A DNA stretch of 64,000 nt from an uncultured virus (IMG/VR IMGVR_UViG_3300020469_003958) (IMGVR_UViG_3300020469_003958); one strand, 5' to 3'. Positions 48,683-58,360 are shown, counted from the first letter of the stretch. Made by a program: numbers and translations. Notes: generated by a model not told the origin, from the letters alone.

Positions 48683-48777
48683 TTTATAAAATATCGTTCA
48701 AATTATATTATCGGGGAGATAACTGTTTGAACTTTTTGGGGTGTGAAGTAATGTAACCTATTTAGAATAAATATACA

Positions 48778-49503
48778 CTAATATGAAAAGAACTCATCTT
48801 CATCAGAATCATCCTTTAACTCGCCATAATCTAAGTAATCATTTAACATTTTTTTCTGCTGAACTTTCATTACATTTACAACTTTAGTAATGTAGTGAGT
48901 TTTACAATCTGTCATTTCTCTGATTAAAAGATAGAGATGTTTTTTGTTAAAGTTTTCTATGTATTGACTTCTTCTAAATAATTCTAAGATAGCATCTGCT
49001 ATTTGTATATCTCTCTTTTTTGTGAAAACTTTTGTTAAATTTTTATCCCAATATTCTAACATTAATTCTTTAAATTCAGAAAACTCATTTCCTTTCTCTT
49101 CATCATAGAAGTTATCTGAAGGATTCCAAGTCTCAGGCATTTGAGATAATAAATCAGTTTTCTTATATCGTTTATAGTTTGAGTTATTGGTTAAAATTAA
49201 ATAGTTTTTTGCAACAATAGAAAAATAAGAAAATGCCCTACCTTTATCTTCTTGAAACATATGAATCTTTTGTATCAACATTGCAACAACTTCTTTTTTT
49301 ACATCTTCCTTAGATACATCGAAGTATGAAAACTTAAATGTGTTAAGAATATTTTCTGCTAATTTTTCAAATGGAAATTTAATCCTTTCAGCATATATTT
49401 TATTCTTCTCTTTTGGGTCAGTAGATTTGTTATATTCTATAATTGCTTCTTGAGCTGCTGAACCGAAGTATATTTTGGATTTCTTTTTTCTAGGTCTTGG
49501 CAT
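48778..49503 (-). CDS. Phage sigma factor (gp55-like, sigma70 region 2)
   Basis: YF..AIIEY..FEKLAENI..F.Y..EDV..F..DKGRAFSYFSIVAKN. Confidence 0.65.
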   Translation of the reverse strand: MPRPRKKKSKIYFGSAAQEAIIEYNKSTDPKEKNKIYAERIKFPFEKLAENILNTFKFSYFDVSKEDVKKEVVAMLIQKIHMFQEDKGRAFSYFSIVAKNYLILTNNSNYKRYKKTDLLSQMPETWNPSDNFYDEEKGNEFSEFKELMLEYWDKNLTKVFTKKRDIQIADAILELFRRSQYIENFNKKHLYLLIREMTDCKTHYITKVVNVMKVQQKKMLNDYLDYGELKDDSDEDEFFSY

Positions 49504-49506
49504 ATT

Positions 49507-49779
49507 TTATATGTTATTTTTGTACTTTTCAATAGTATCCTTTAACTCTTTGAAAACTACACCAACTTCATCATCGGATTCGAAAGAACCTCTGATATCA
49601 ATTTCTTTCATATCCTCCAACATTTTTTCTAAAGTAGCAATGGATAATTCATTTAAGTTATCCATATCGTTAGCGATTGTTTCAACCTGTCTAACTAACT
49701 GAGTACCTCTCCAAATAAAAAATATATTTGATATTGTAAGTACTCCTATGATAATGTATAATATGTAGATTAATTCCAT
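49507..49779 (-). CDS. Small membrane protein
   Basis: N-terminal TM helix; FESDDEVG. Confidence 0.6.
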   Translation of the reverse strand: MELIYILYIIIGVLTISNIFFIWRGTQLVRQVETIANDMDNLNELSIATLEKMLEDMKEIDIRGSFESDDEVGVVFKELKDTIEKYKNNI

Positions 49780-49795
49780 TTAGATAATATTTTTA

Positions 49796-49827
49796 CTAAT
49801 ATACGAAAAAATAATTACAAATCCAAA
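49796..49827 (-). promoter_or_regulatory. Bacteroidota-type promoter upstream of the sigma-factor transcription unit
   Basis: TTTG-N20-TATATTAG. Confidence 0.65.
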
Positions 49828-50043
49828 TTATGCTTCACCTTTTTCTCCCCAGTAAGGAAAATCAATAATTTCAATTTCTCTTTCTTCTTTTATTTCTTTG
49901 TTTAAGTTTTTTATTTTTGTTAGAATTTTATTATCCAATTCTATTTGGTCTATCAATTCTTGGTCAATTAATTCATCAACTAAAGCTTCTAATATAATTT
50001 CTAATGTTGATATCTTTTGTTCTAATAAGTAAATTTTATTCAT
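49828..50043 (-). CDS. Hypothetical protein
   Basis: 71-aa ORF in gene run. Confidence 0.55.
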   Translation of the reverse strand: MNKIYLLEQKISTLEIILEALVDELIDQELIDQIELDNKILTKIKNLNKEIKEEREIEIIDFPYWGEKGEA

Positions 50044-50051
50044 TCGTTGGT

Positions 50052-50303
50052 TTAAGGTGTAAGAGAACCTGTAAGCTGATTAATTGCTTCCATAAATTCT
50101 TTGAAATCTCTATCAGATTCGGTTTCGTAATTTAAACTACCAAACGCTTTCTTAACAGAATTGTGATGATAACCCATTGCATGTGCCATTCGAACACACA
50201 TAATCTTATACTCATAAATATTCATATCATCAGGAACATCGAATGAAATGTTCTTAGCTTCCCTATTATGGGAACTTTCTGATTCGTAGTTTAATAATCC
50301 CAT
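50052..50303 (-). CDS. Hypothetical protein
   Basis: 83-aa ORF in gene run. Confidence 0.6.
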   Translation of the reverse strand: MGLLNYESESSHNREAKNISFDVPDDMNIYEYKIMCVRMAHAMGYHHNSVKKAFGSLNYETESDRDFKEFMEAINQLTGSLTP

Positions 50304-50305
50304 AA

Positions 50306-50881
50306 TTATACCAATTTATATCCTTTATCTAAAAGAGGTTGTGCTTTTTTATATTTAACAAACTCCATTTCTCCTTCTGGTGATTGTAACATCACTCTTT
50401 CATTTCTACCTGGCTTCTTTTCTTTTTTAATTTCTGCACTATATCTTCTGATTGGGGATGTTACATCAATCCCATCAATTGAATCAATTAATCTTTGTGC
50501 AGTAATACATTCAAATAATCCTAAATCATTCATATACTCATCTTGATTTTCCCAATTATCCTTATCAGATGAAAATTCTACAACACCTAAATTATCAGTA
50601 TCTACTTTAAATGATTTATGTCTTGCCGTTTTTCTTGTCTTTTGTTTTACACTATCTTTTTCGAAGTAAACAACCATCTCTTCTGATGTTTCAGTTACTA
50701 TTGGATTTACCAAAGTTAAATCATCATAATCACCTCCAAACTTAATAGTAACTATACGTTTATCTATTCCAACATCAGATGCATTTACAGCATATTCGTT
50801 TTCTAATTTAGATATTCTTTCTTTATATTCATTTAACTCTTCGTTTGTAACAGGAGTTTTTTTAATTATTTTTACTATCAT
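50306..50881 (-). CDS. Degenerate peptide deformylase homologue
   Basis: AVNASDVGIDKRI, LVNP.V, R...V and QRLIDSIDGI follow PDF layout but catalytic motifs are altered. Confidence 0.6.
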   Translation of the reverse strand: MIVKIIKKTPVTNEELNEYKERISKLENEYAVNASDVGIDKRIVTIKFGGDYDDLTLVNPIVTETSEEMVVYFEKDSVKQKTRKTARHKSFKVDTDNLGVVEFSSDKDNWENQDEYMNDLGLFECITAQRLIDSIDGIDVTSPIRRYSAEIKKEKKPGRNERVMLQSPEGEMEFVKYKKAQPLLDKGYKLV

Positions 50882-51038
50882 AGTACTTTTCTATTTCTTT
50901 GGTTAGGTAATCTACTGCCTCTGAACTTCCAATAAATGCTCCGTATTTTGCGTAATACTTAATCCACATATCTCTGTCAGATTCAATTTGTTCTTTTAAT
51001 TGATATCTTTCTGGTAAGTGGGCTTTAATATAACTCAT
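50862..51038 (-). CDS. Hypothetical protein (58 aa)
   Basis: Not in ORF track; MSYIKAHLPERYQ..DSKNN fills the gap and overlaps both neighbours. Confidence 0.55.
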   Translation of the reverse strand: MSYIKAHLPERYQLKEQIESDRDMWIKYYAKYGAFIGSSEAVDYLTKEIEKYYDSKNN

Positions 51039-51423
51039 CTAATAAATCTTCTGGTGTTTCTCTATAAACTCTATAACTATCTTCATCGAAGTGTTCAGTC
51101 GAAACTTCAAATACAATTGAGTTATCTTCCAATGCAATTAATTGATGAGGTAATCCTCTATCAATTAAAACACTATCACCCTTTTCTAAAGTTTTACCTT
51201 CTAACTTTCCATCTTCCACATTCAACCAATTAAATTGGAATCTACCTTCTTGTACATACCAACTTTCTTTTTTCTTAATATGGTAGTGCATTGAGAATCG
51301 GTTTCTATCCTTTGTGAATACTAATAATTTTCCACAATACTCTTCATCGTTGTGAATCCATAGTTCATATCCCCAATTCTTTTCTACTCTCTTAGGAGCT
51401 TTAATATCTACATCTATAATCAT
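51025..51423 (-). CDS. Cupin (sugar-isomerase-like)
   Basis: VEKNWGYELW, SMHYHIKKKESWYV, PHQL..EVST. Confidence 0.75.
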   Translation of the reverse strand: MIIDVDIKAPKRVEKNWGYELWIHNDEEYCGKLLVFTKDRNRFSMHYHIKKKESWYVQEGRFQFNWLNVEDGKLEGKTLEKGDSVLIDRGLPHQLIALEDNSIVFEVSTEHFDEDSYRVYRETPEDLLDELY

Positions 51424-52373
51424 TCTGCGTAACTTTGTGTGTTTAACAATCCACTATATGCACATGCATTAAATTTTCCCATGTGTGGTAGGATAGCAAG
51501 TTCTTTTGCTTTTGCCTCTACCATTACATCAACATCCTCTCCATGTAGGTTTGGTAATTTGTTGATATAATCTGAATGTGCTTGTGGTTTTAATTTATCA
51601 TTCTCTTCATGCAATGCTTTACTTTCAGAGTAATGAACAATGGGTTTAATATTTTTTGGCCAAGTTGAGATTGCTAACCTTAATGCCTCTGCTTCACTCA
51701 ATCCACCTGTATTGAATTTGTGGTGATGATAATCAAATACAATAGGAATACCAATTCTTTCATGTATGTACATCAAATCTTTTACTGAGTACATAGATGC
51801 TTTATCATCGTTCTCAACTGTTAATCTACTTTTTACTGAATCAGATAATCTCTCAAAGTTCTCACAAAATCTATCCATAGCTGATTTCTTATCTCCATAA
51901 ACACCATTACAATGAATGTTGATTTTATTGTAATAAGATTTTTCTAATCCTAACAAATCAAAAATCTTACCATGCATTTCTAAATCAGTAATTGTGTTTT
52001 CTACAACATGCGGTCTTGGTGAAACCAAAACATTAAATGGACCAGGATGTGAAGTGATTCTAATTCCATTTGTTTTTGCGTAATACCCACATGCTTCTAA
52101 TATTGTTTTAATTCTAAGATAATGTGGAGATTTCTCTATTTCATATTCAGAACCCCAAGGAAACATTTCGGAAGATAATCTGAATAGGTTGATTCCATTC
52201 TCATTGTTCCATTCCAAAATCTTATATAAATCTCTAGCGTTTTGTAATCCCAATTCCGTTGCGTATTCAACACCCCTTTCTAAGAATGTTCTTTTAATCA
52301 TTGAACGATTGGTAGTTACTTTTGGTTTTTGACCCGATAGAGTCATATTAATACAAGCGTATCCTAAATTCAT
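51420..52373 (-). CDS. uvsE: UV damage endonuclease
   Basis: LGYACIN, FRLSS, HPGPF, LTVENDD, FDYHHH, HYSES, AHSD, MVEAKAKE. Confidence 0.93.
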   Translation of the reverse strand: MNLGYACINMTLSGQKPKVTTNRSMIKRTFLERGVEYATELGLQNARDLYKILEWNNENGINLFRLSSEMFPWGSEYEIEKSPHYLRIKTILEACGYYAKTNGIRITSHPGPFNVLVSPRPHVVENTITDLEMHGKIFDLLGLEKSYYNKINIHCNGVYGDKKSAMDRFCENFERLSDSVKSRLTVENDDKASMYSVKDLMYIHERIGIPIVFDYHHHKFNTGGLSEAEALRLAISTWPKNIKPIVHYSESKALHEENDKLKPQAHSDYINKLPNLHGEDVDVMVEAKAKELAILPHMGKFNACAYSGLLNTQSYAE

Positions 52374-52402
52374 CTTTTATATGATTTCTTATTTGTTATA
52401 AA

Positions 52403-52434
52403 CAAATATACGAAATTATTTTTAAAAAACCAAA
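52403..52434 (-). promoter_or_regulatory. Consensus Bacteroidota promoter
   Basis: TTTG-N20-TATATTTG (exact TAnnTTTG). Confidence 0.75.
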
Positions 52435-52440
52435 TTATTT

Positions 52441-53766
52441 TTAATAAGTTTTTGAATCGAAATCAGTTGGGTAAGAACTATCCTTTTCATTTTTAACGTA
52501 AGTCAACCAATAGTTTACAGCATTTTGATTATTAATCCACCTATTTTTATCTCCCCAATTAAAGTTAGGTCTAGCGTAAAATGGTTTTTCGTTCATTACA
52601 TATTGTGCTCTTCTAGAGTTTGATGCGGCTGGTTCATCTATTAATCCATCACCAGTATTATCAAACCCATCTATTTGACCATCCCCATCAATATCAATCG
52701 CTCTACGATTTGTATCTTTTGTTAGTGGTTTAGGTTCTTCAACTTCAGGTTCTGGCTCAGGTTCTATTTCTGGCTTTTTTGGTGAGAAATCTAAATCATC
52801 ATTATCAAAATCCCCATTTGCTAATTCATCTTCAAAGGATGAACCTAACTCATTTTCTGAATCATATTGGTTTTTAAAATCTGCCATTTGTTCCTCAGTC
52901 CAATAACCATCATCTTCTTCTGGTTCTTCATCATATAGTTCTCTCTTACGAATTATTTTTTGTTTATCTACAATTCCCTTATCAACTTTTAATGCGTTGT
53001 TAAATGCGATTACAAGTGCAACTGCAAGAGGGTCGAATACAAATATAATAATAAGAATAAACCAGTTAATAATTTGGTCCATCGGTTTATCTAATAATCC
53101 ACTAAGATATTGTAGAGGACCTAATTCAGATGATACTCCTTCTGATGATTCAACATCCAATATCTTTAACTGAATTGATTGTAATGAATCTGCAGCTACT
53201 TCCCTTTTCGCTTGAACACCTTTACGATTCTCTTCTTCAACTGATATTCTTTGTTGTGATAATCTTAATTCAGTTGTTGAGATTGTTTGTCTAAATCCAG
53301 TTGTTGATGATGTATCTCTAACTTGAATAGAACTTGCTTTAGCGTTTGAAAGTGTTGCTATGTTATCTGATATTCTTTCTAATTCAGTATCATATCGTGC
53401 AACATCATCTCCCCAAAACTTTTCTTTTTGTTGTAGAAATGCTAATTGTTTTTCTTGAACACTAAATTGATTAAATGTATCTTGAAATGCTGATGTTAGA
53501 AATCCATAAATACCCAATGATGTAATGAGTATTAGAATAACTACTGCTCCACTTAGGTAGATTCTAAATGTTTTATTTATCTTTTCCCAATAGTTGTAAA
53601 GATAACCAGCAGTAATTAATTTAGCTAATTCTAAAGAACTTGCCATTATCATAACGGAAAATGCAGCTCCTGCAAATAGTTTAGATAAACCACTTACGGA
53701 GAAGAACGCTGCGTTGAATGCCACAAACAAAGCAGATAACCCCAATAATAATGTTCTAAATTTCAT
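52441..53766 (-). CDS. Membrane protein with coiled coil and acidic DxDxDG tail
   Basis: Three N-terminal TMs, coiled coil, IIFVFDPLAV TM, DIDGDG. Confidence 0.7.
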   Translation of the reverse strand: MKFRTLLLGLSALFVAFNAAFFSVSGLSKLFAGAAFSVMIMASSLELAKLITAGYLYNYWEKINKTFRIYLSGAVVILILITSLGIYGFLTSAFQDTFNQFSVQEKQLAFLQQKEKFWGDDVARYDTELERISDNIATLSNAKASSIQVRDTSSTTGFRQTISTTELRLSQQRISVEEENRKGVQAKREVAADSLQSIQLKILDVESSEGVSSELGPLQYLSGLLDKPMDQIINWFILIIIFVFDPLAVALVIAFNNALKVDKGIVDKQKIIRKRELYDEEPEEDDGYWTEEQMADFKNQYDSENELGSSFEDELANGDFDNDDLDFSPKKPEIEPEPEPEVEEPKPLTKDTNRRAIDIDGDGQIDGFDNTGDGLIDEPAASNSRRAQYVMNEKPFYARPNFNWGDKNRWINNQNAVNYWLTYVKNEKDSSYPTDFDSKTY

Positions 53767-53786
53767 TTTAGCTTGAAAACGTTACT

Positions 53787-53960
53787 TTACTTTATTAGAT
53801 TACGAGTAAGTTGTAATAACCTATCTATCTTTTTTGTTAACGTTAAGGCATTTTCTTGGTTAGCTGGTGCTTCCCCCTCTAACATTTTTTGGATTTGCTT
53901 GTTGGAATTTTCAATTCCTTCTAAGTGCGATAATGCCTTTTCTATGTATTCAAATTTCAT
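53787..53960 (-). CDS. Hypothetical protein
   Basis: Start reassigned to MKFEY, 22 nt after the late motif at 53983-53990. Confidence 0.55.
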   Translation of the reverse strand: MKFEYIEKALSHLEGIENSNKQIQKMLEGEAPANQENALTLTKKIDRLLQLTRNLIK

Positions 53961-54000
53961 AATAACTTTATTTGTTGATATATATAAATATCTAAAAATC

Positions 54001-54030
54001 AAAAAAGGGAGATTTTTTACAACCTCCCCT
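54001..54030 (-). terminator. Rho-independent terminator after hsp20
   Basis: GGGAG..CTCCC stem followed by TTTTTT. Confidence 0.7.
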
Positions 54031-54052
54031 AACTAAACTAATACTAACAATA

Positions 54053-54439
54053 TTAATATTTAATCTTAACTTTTTTTGATTTTCTTTCCTCCTTTTTATC
54101 TAAAAGAATAGTTAGTAAACCATTTTCAATAGATGCTTCAGCTGAAGCTCCATCGTAATCTTTTCCTATTTTAAATCTTAGATTCACATCACTAACTACT
54201 GCATTTACTTTTTCAGCTTCTGCTTTAATTGTAATTACATCCTCAGTAACATCTAATTCCACATTTTTTGGGTTATGCCCTACAACATTGATTAGAAGTT
54301 TTTGTTTATTATCTTCATTTGTAATAGAATACTGCCCCTTTTGGTGATTAATTTGAAGTGGTTTGAATCCTTTTTCAAACACATCATCAAATATGTTGTC
54401 AATTGTATAAATCATATTTTTTATTTTTAAGTTAAACAT
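54053..54439 (-). CDS. Small heat shock protein (Hsp20)
   Basis: VVGH....VELDV..ITIKA..F....D...A.IENGLLTI. Confidence 0.85.
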   Translation of the reverse strand: MFNLKIKNMIYTIDNIFDDVFEKGFKPLQINHQKGQYSITNEDNKQKLLINVVGHNPKNVELDVTEDVITIKAEAEKVNAVVSDVNLRFKIGKDYDGASAEASIENGLLTILLDKKEERKSKKVKIKY

Positions 54440-54500
54440 ACAATGTATATATTACCAATTTCATACCAATTGAAGTTATATGACTATTTGTCAGTTTATC

Positions 54501-55187
54501 TTAAAAATTAACTGAAAAATTGTCATATATACCCATCTTTTGTTTGTACTCAGAGTTTTCTATAACTGTACTCATATGGTCTGCCCAATGTAAAATCATT
54601 GGTAAGTTTGTTTTTAACTGAAAATCTTCGTTGTAAGAAATCCAATATTTCTTAGTTGCTTCATTATACAAACCATCAGCCATATGAATACCCAGTTGTT
54701 CTTTCTGAGTATATGTGATTCCATATTGATTTAATAACCAAAATGCTCTATCAGTTACATCAAAGTATTGTAACTTTGGGTTATGAGTAAAATACTCTTT
54801 TCTATTTTTTTGATGCCATTCTGATTCTTGTGGGATATAATATGGTTCTGAACCATCTCCTAATTTACCTAAATCGTGGTGGAATGCAGCAAATAATAAT
54901 TCTTCATCAGTAAAGTTTACAATTCCTCCACCCTCTTCAAACATCTTTTTTAGTTTGTAAGAATTTCTAGCTACATTTAAAACATGGTCTATGTAACCAC
55001 CAACATAACAACTATGGAAGTTCAACTTACCACTCGCTGGAGCTATAGCTAATTCAGTTCCTAATTCTTCTGGGGAATACATATGGAGAAGTTTTTCTAA
55101 TCGTTCTCCAGTAAAAACTTTTTTAATAGCTTCTATAAACTTATTATAGTTTTCTTCTATTTGTTTTTCAGTATAATTTCTAATCAT
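54501..55187 (-). CDS. HD-domain phosphohydrolase
   Basis: APAS..H..GGYIDH, HHDLGK, HWAD. Confidence 0.8.
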   Translation of the reverse strand: MIRNYTEKQIEENYNKFIEAIKKVFTGERLEKLLHMYSPEELGTELAIAPASGKLNFHSCYVGGYIDHVLNVARNSYKLKKMFEEGGGIVNFTDEELLFAAFHHDLGKLGDGSEPYYIPQESEWHQKNRKEYFTHNPKLQYFDVTDRAFWLLNQYGITYTQKEQLGIHMADGLYNEATKKYWISYNEDFQLKTNLPMILHWADHMSTVIENSEYKQKMGIYDNFSVNF

Positions 55188-55558
55188 TCTTCTATATATT
55201 TTGATGTTAATGCTCTATATAATACTTCTAATTCTTCTTCGGTTGTACAAAACCCCAATCCATCGAAATCTAATATTTCAACAAAATATTGGTTTGGCTT
55301 TAATCCCATATTTCTTAACTCCATATCATCATCAGATGAGTTAGTTACAAAACGTGCTGCATATTTATCAGTTCTTTCTTTTGGAATGGGTAGTGTCCAA
55401 AAATATGCTTTATCTAATTCATCACCATCCTCTATATCTTCTCTGTTATCTATGAAATCAGGTGTACCATTATAATCATTAGAGATATGTTTTGACCAAC
55501 CTTGCCTTTTGAAGGTTTCATCAGTTAGTGGTGTTGCTTGTAACTTTACCTTTCTCAT
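55184..55558 (-). CDS. Hypothetical protein
   Basis: ATGA overlaps with both neighbours. Confidence 0.6.
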   Translation of the reverse strand: MRKVKLQATPLTDETFKRQGWSKHISNDYNGTPDFIDNREDIEDGDELDKAYFWTLPIPKERTDKYAARFVTNSSDDDMELRNMGLKPNQYFVEILDFDGLGFCTTEEELEVLYRALTSKYIEE

Positions 55559-56118
55559 TCTAATATGATTCTGATAGTTTCTTCTATATCTTCAAATCTT
55601 GCTTTTACAATAAGTGTATCACCAACCATTTCATCTATTGGTGCAATTACTGTATTTATTTCTCCACCATCTCCACTATAAGAAAACTCATTAATAGTTG
55701 GTACAATACTTCCAGCAAATCCAGTTACATATGTAGTATCTACATCTACCCAATCACCTAATACATTTATGGTTCTTCGAATGAATACATAAGCAGTATC
55801 ATTTAAAGTCCATTGATGAGATGATTCCCATTCAACTAATTGTGGATATGGTTCTTCACCATTATTTAAGAGTTTACCTGTAATTCTATGGATTGTTTGA
55901 ATAGAATTATCAGTTGAGTTTAATTCTAATTTATATAAACCATCATTGGTTGTATCTAATCTACCATCTAACTCCATTGTGTAATTATCAGGTAAATCTG
56001 ATAATGGGTCAGTTGTACAAGATGTGAGAAATGAGAATAATACCAATACTACAAAGAGTATTCCACAAAAAGCCAATCCGTTTATTGCAAATTTTTCTGT
56101 TTGTTCTTTTCTATTCAT
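55555..56118 (-). CDS. Putative lipoprotein
   Basis: Hydrophobic segment ending LFSFLTSC; start taken at MNRKEQ. Confidence 0.55.
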   Translation of the reverse strand: MNRKEQTEKFAINGLAFCGILFVVLVLFSFLTSCTTDPLSDLPDNYTMELDGRLDTTNDGLYKLELNSTDNSIQTIHRITGKLLNNGEEPYPQLVEWESSHQWTLNDTAYVFIRRTINVLGDWVDVDTTYVTGFAGSIVPTINEFSYSGDGGEINTVIAPIDEMVGDTLIVKARFEDIEETIRIILE

Positions 56119-56603
56119 TATAATAAGTAATTTAAAATTGAATCCCAATCAGGGTATTCGTTTGGTTTGTTATCATTTTCCCAATCATATCCGAATCTCA
56201 ATAACTCTCCACTAAACTCACCAGCACCATTTTTCAATCTATCATCGATAAGGTAATCACCCATCAACAAATCTTTTCTATGTGTTGTGAACAATCTTTT
56301 GTGGAAGATGTTATCAAAGTAATCCTCTAACCAAAATCTTTTATCAGTAAGGGATTGTGGGTTACCCCAAGGGGCAGAAGTAGCAATAAATAATTCATAC
56401 TTACCACTATCATTTAATTTCTTAATAGCATCGATAGCCCCCTTAATAGGAGGTGCGATTCTAAATAAACCTTGAATGTGGTCAGGGTGAGTTTTGTATC
56501 TTTCTTCTAAATGTGGATGTTTAACGAACCAATCTTTGATTGCTTTACCGAAGTCAACGATTACTCCATCCATGTCAATGTAAACTATTTTCTTTTTTAT
56601 CAT
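56118..56603 (-). CDS. 5'(3')-deoxyribonucleotidase (HAD/NT5C)
   Basis: YIDMDGV, ATSAPW, K..WL, LIDDR; start moved downstream of the promoter. Confidence 0.88.
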   Translation of the reverse strand: MIKKKIVYIDMDGVIVDFGKAIKDWFVKHPHLEERYKTHPDHIQGLFRIAPPIKGAIDAIKKLNDSGKYELFIATSAPWGNPQSLTDKRFWLEDYFDNIFHKRLFTTHRKDLLMGDYLIDDRLKNGAGEFSGELLRFGYDWENDNKPNEYPDWDSILNYLL

Positions 56604-56619
56604 ATCACTCATTAGAGTA

Positions 56620-56651
56620 CTAATATACAAAATTTATTTGAATCATGCAAG
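56620..56651 (-). promoter_or_regulatory. Bacteroidota-type promoter
   Basis: CTTG-N20-TATATTAG. Confidence 0.55.
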
Positions 56652-56662
56652 CTTTTTCTCAA

Positions 56663-56890
56663 TTATTTTAACCATAAATTATACACATAATCATAGGGAG
56701 CATCAAGTATTTCAGCAAGTTTTGAGAACAATCTTTCTCTTACTAAACTATCGTAAACTCCGATGTATCTATAAACATCATTTGCTGTATATAGGTTGTT
56801 TAACAAACCTGTAAAGTTTGTATCATCTCTAAGTTCAATTCCCAACTCATCAGTTGGATATTCGTTTAAATAAAATTCTTTAATATTCAT
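56663..56890 (-). CDS. Hypothetical protein
   Basis: 75-aa ORF. Confidence 0.6.
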   Translation of the reverse strand: MNIKEFYLNEYPTDELGIELRDDTNFTGLLNNLYTANDVYRYIGVYDSLVRERLFSKLAEILDAPYDYVYNLWLK

Positions 56891-56906
56891 ATCGTTTAGG
56901 GTTTAA

Positions 56907-57218
56907 TTATACTAAATAGTTTGGTCCGTAATAACTCCAACTAGCGGTTCCATCGAAGATGTTTCCTCTACTATGTTTGGCAGGTGTTTTCCAACCAGCA
57001 GGTTTCAATAGGTCTCCTTTTTTAATTGGTGATTGTTTTAATTCACCATCTACCATAGAAATGAATCCCCAACAAGAAGTTCCATCCCATAATCTAATGT
57101 ATTTTCTACCTTTATCAACTGTTAAAGGTTCGTAGGGTTTGTAGGAAAATTTCTCATCCCAATACTCTTTTCTTTCTTTATTAACTTTCTCAAGCCACAA
57201 ATCAAATTTACTTTTCAT
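56907..57218 (-). CDS. Hypothetical phage protein
   Basis: GRKYIR..GFI..GDLLKPAGWKTPAKHSRGNI. Confidence 0.65.
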   Translation of the reverse strand: MKSKFDLWLEKVNKERKEYWDEKFSYKPYEPLTVDKGRKYIRLWDGTSCWGFISMVDGELKQSPIKKGDLLKPAGWKTPAKHSRGNIFDGTASWSYYGPNYLV

Positions 57219-57261
57219 ATTTTAGTGTTTTAGGGTTTAACTCTTTAACTCAATTACAGTA

Positions 57262-57293
57262 CTAACATACGAAAAAAAGTTGAGACTACCAAA
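57262..57293 (-). promoter_or_regulatory. Bacteroidota-type promoter
   Basis: TTTG-N20-TATGTTAG. Confidence 0.6.
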
Positions 57294-57312
57294 TGTTTTC
57301 TCAACTTTTTTT
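57272..57312. repeat. Inverted repeat downstream of phoH (possible terminator)
   Basis: AAAAAAAGTTGAG-N15-CTCAACTTTTTTT. Confidence 0.55.
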
Positions 57313-57333
57313 AATAAATTTTACTAAATTTTT

Positions 57334-57996
57334 CTATTGATATGCGCTCAATAATCTGAGTAATTCATCCAATGCTTCATGCCTATGATTATCCATTAGA
57401 TTGGTGTAGTAAACAAATTGTGAATCCTTTAATTTAGGAACTTCATGTATTGCTGAATCATTAGCAAACTTTAAATCAATTTGTTGTGGGTCTCCAGTTA
57501 GAATCATTGTGGAACGTTTACCCAATCTACCTAATACCATTCCTAATTGAGATTTGGTTAGGTTTTGAAATTCATCAACTATTACAATAGAGTGTTCAAA
57601 TGTTCTTCCTCTAAAGTGAGATAACGATACTAATTCAATGTGCTCATCCCTTTCCATCTTTTCTAAAATGGCTGGTTTGTTATAAACCTTTCTCATATTA
57701 GAACGAATTGGTACTAACCAAGGCTCCATCTTTTCATCCAAAGAACCAGGTAGAAATCCATTATCTTCATTTGATATGGTTGGTCTTGTTATAACTATCT
57801 TATTTACTTGCCGAGTAAAAAACATATCTAATGCTATTTGTACTGCTAATAACGTTTTTCCAGAACCAGCTTTACCTTGAATAAAATTGTAGGGGTGATA
57901 AAGTATTGCCGTTTTTGCTAACTTTTGTTCATCTGATAAAGATAAGTTAAATTTAATCTTACCTTTGGGTGGAACCTTATTAATGTTCTCTGCCAT
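57334..57996 (-). CDS. phoH: PhoH-family ATPase
   Basis: GKAGSGKT, ITRP, GFLPG, RGRTF, VDEFQN, GDPQQID. Confidence 0.93.
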   Translation of the reverse strand: MAENINKVPPKGKIKFNLSLSDEQKLAKTAILYHPYNFIQGKAGSGKTLLAVQIALDMFFTRQVNKIVITRPTISNEDNGFLPGSLDEKMEPWLVPIRSNMRKVYNKPAILEKMERDEHIELVSLSHFRGRTFEHSIVIVDEFQNLTKSQLGMVLGRLGKRSTMILTGDPQQIDLKFANDSAIHEVPKLKDSQFVYYTNLMDNHRHEALDELLRLLSAYQ

Positions 57997-58000
57997 ATTT

Positions 58001-58360
58001 TTAATTAATAGTTGTTATCTTATGCGATTTTTTAGTTAGAGAGTTTCTTTTTGGTTTAATTGTTTTTTCATAATTTACAATCTCTGCGCAAATTTCATAC
58101 TTCTCCATTCGTTCACATAAATGTAATAATCGATGTAATGCTGACATGTAATCCTTCTTTTCTACTACCGCAACAATATCGTGAACAGTAAACTCAATCA
58201 ATATAATTGATGATAAACTTTGTTTATGTGCGTTGATAAGAAGGGCTAGGGTTTGATACAGAAAGGCATCTCCGTAATCATACAAATACTCATTAAGTGT
58301 GGTATTATTGAGAGAGATATATTTTCTCCAATCAACATTTGCTAATGGTCGTTTCTTCAT
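58001..58360 (-). CDS. Hypothetical protein
   Basis: Late motif at 58389-58396; EKYEICA. Confidence 0.6.
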   Translation of the reverse strand: MKKRPLANVDWRKYISLNNTTLNEYLYDYGDAFLYQTLALLINAHKQSLSSIILIEFTVHDIVAVVEKKDYMSALHRLLHLCERMEKYEICAEIVNYEKTIKPKRNSLTKKSHKITTIN

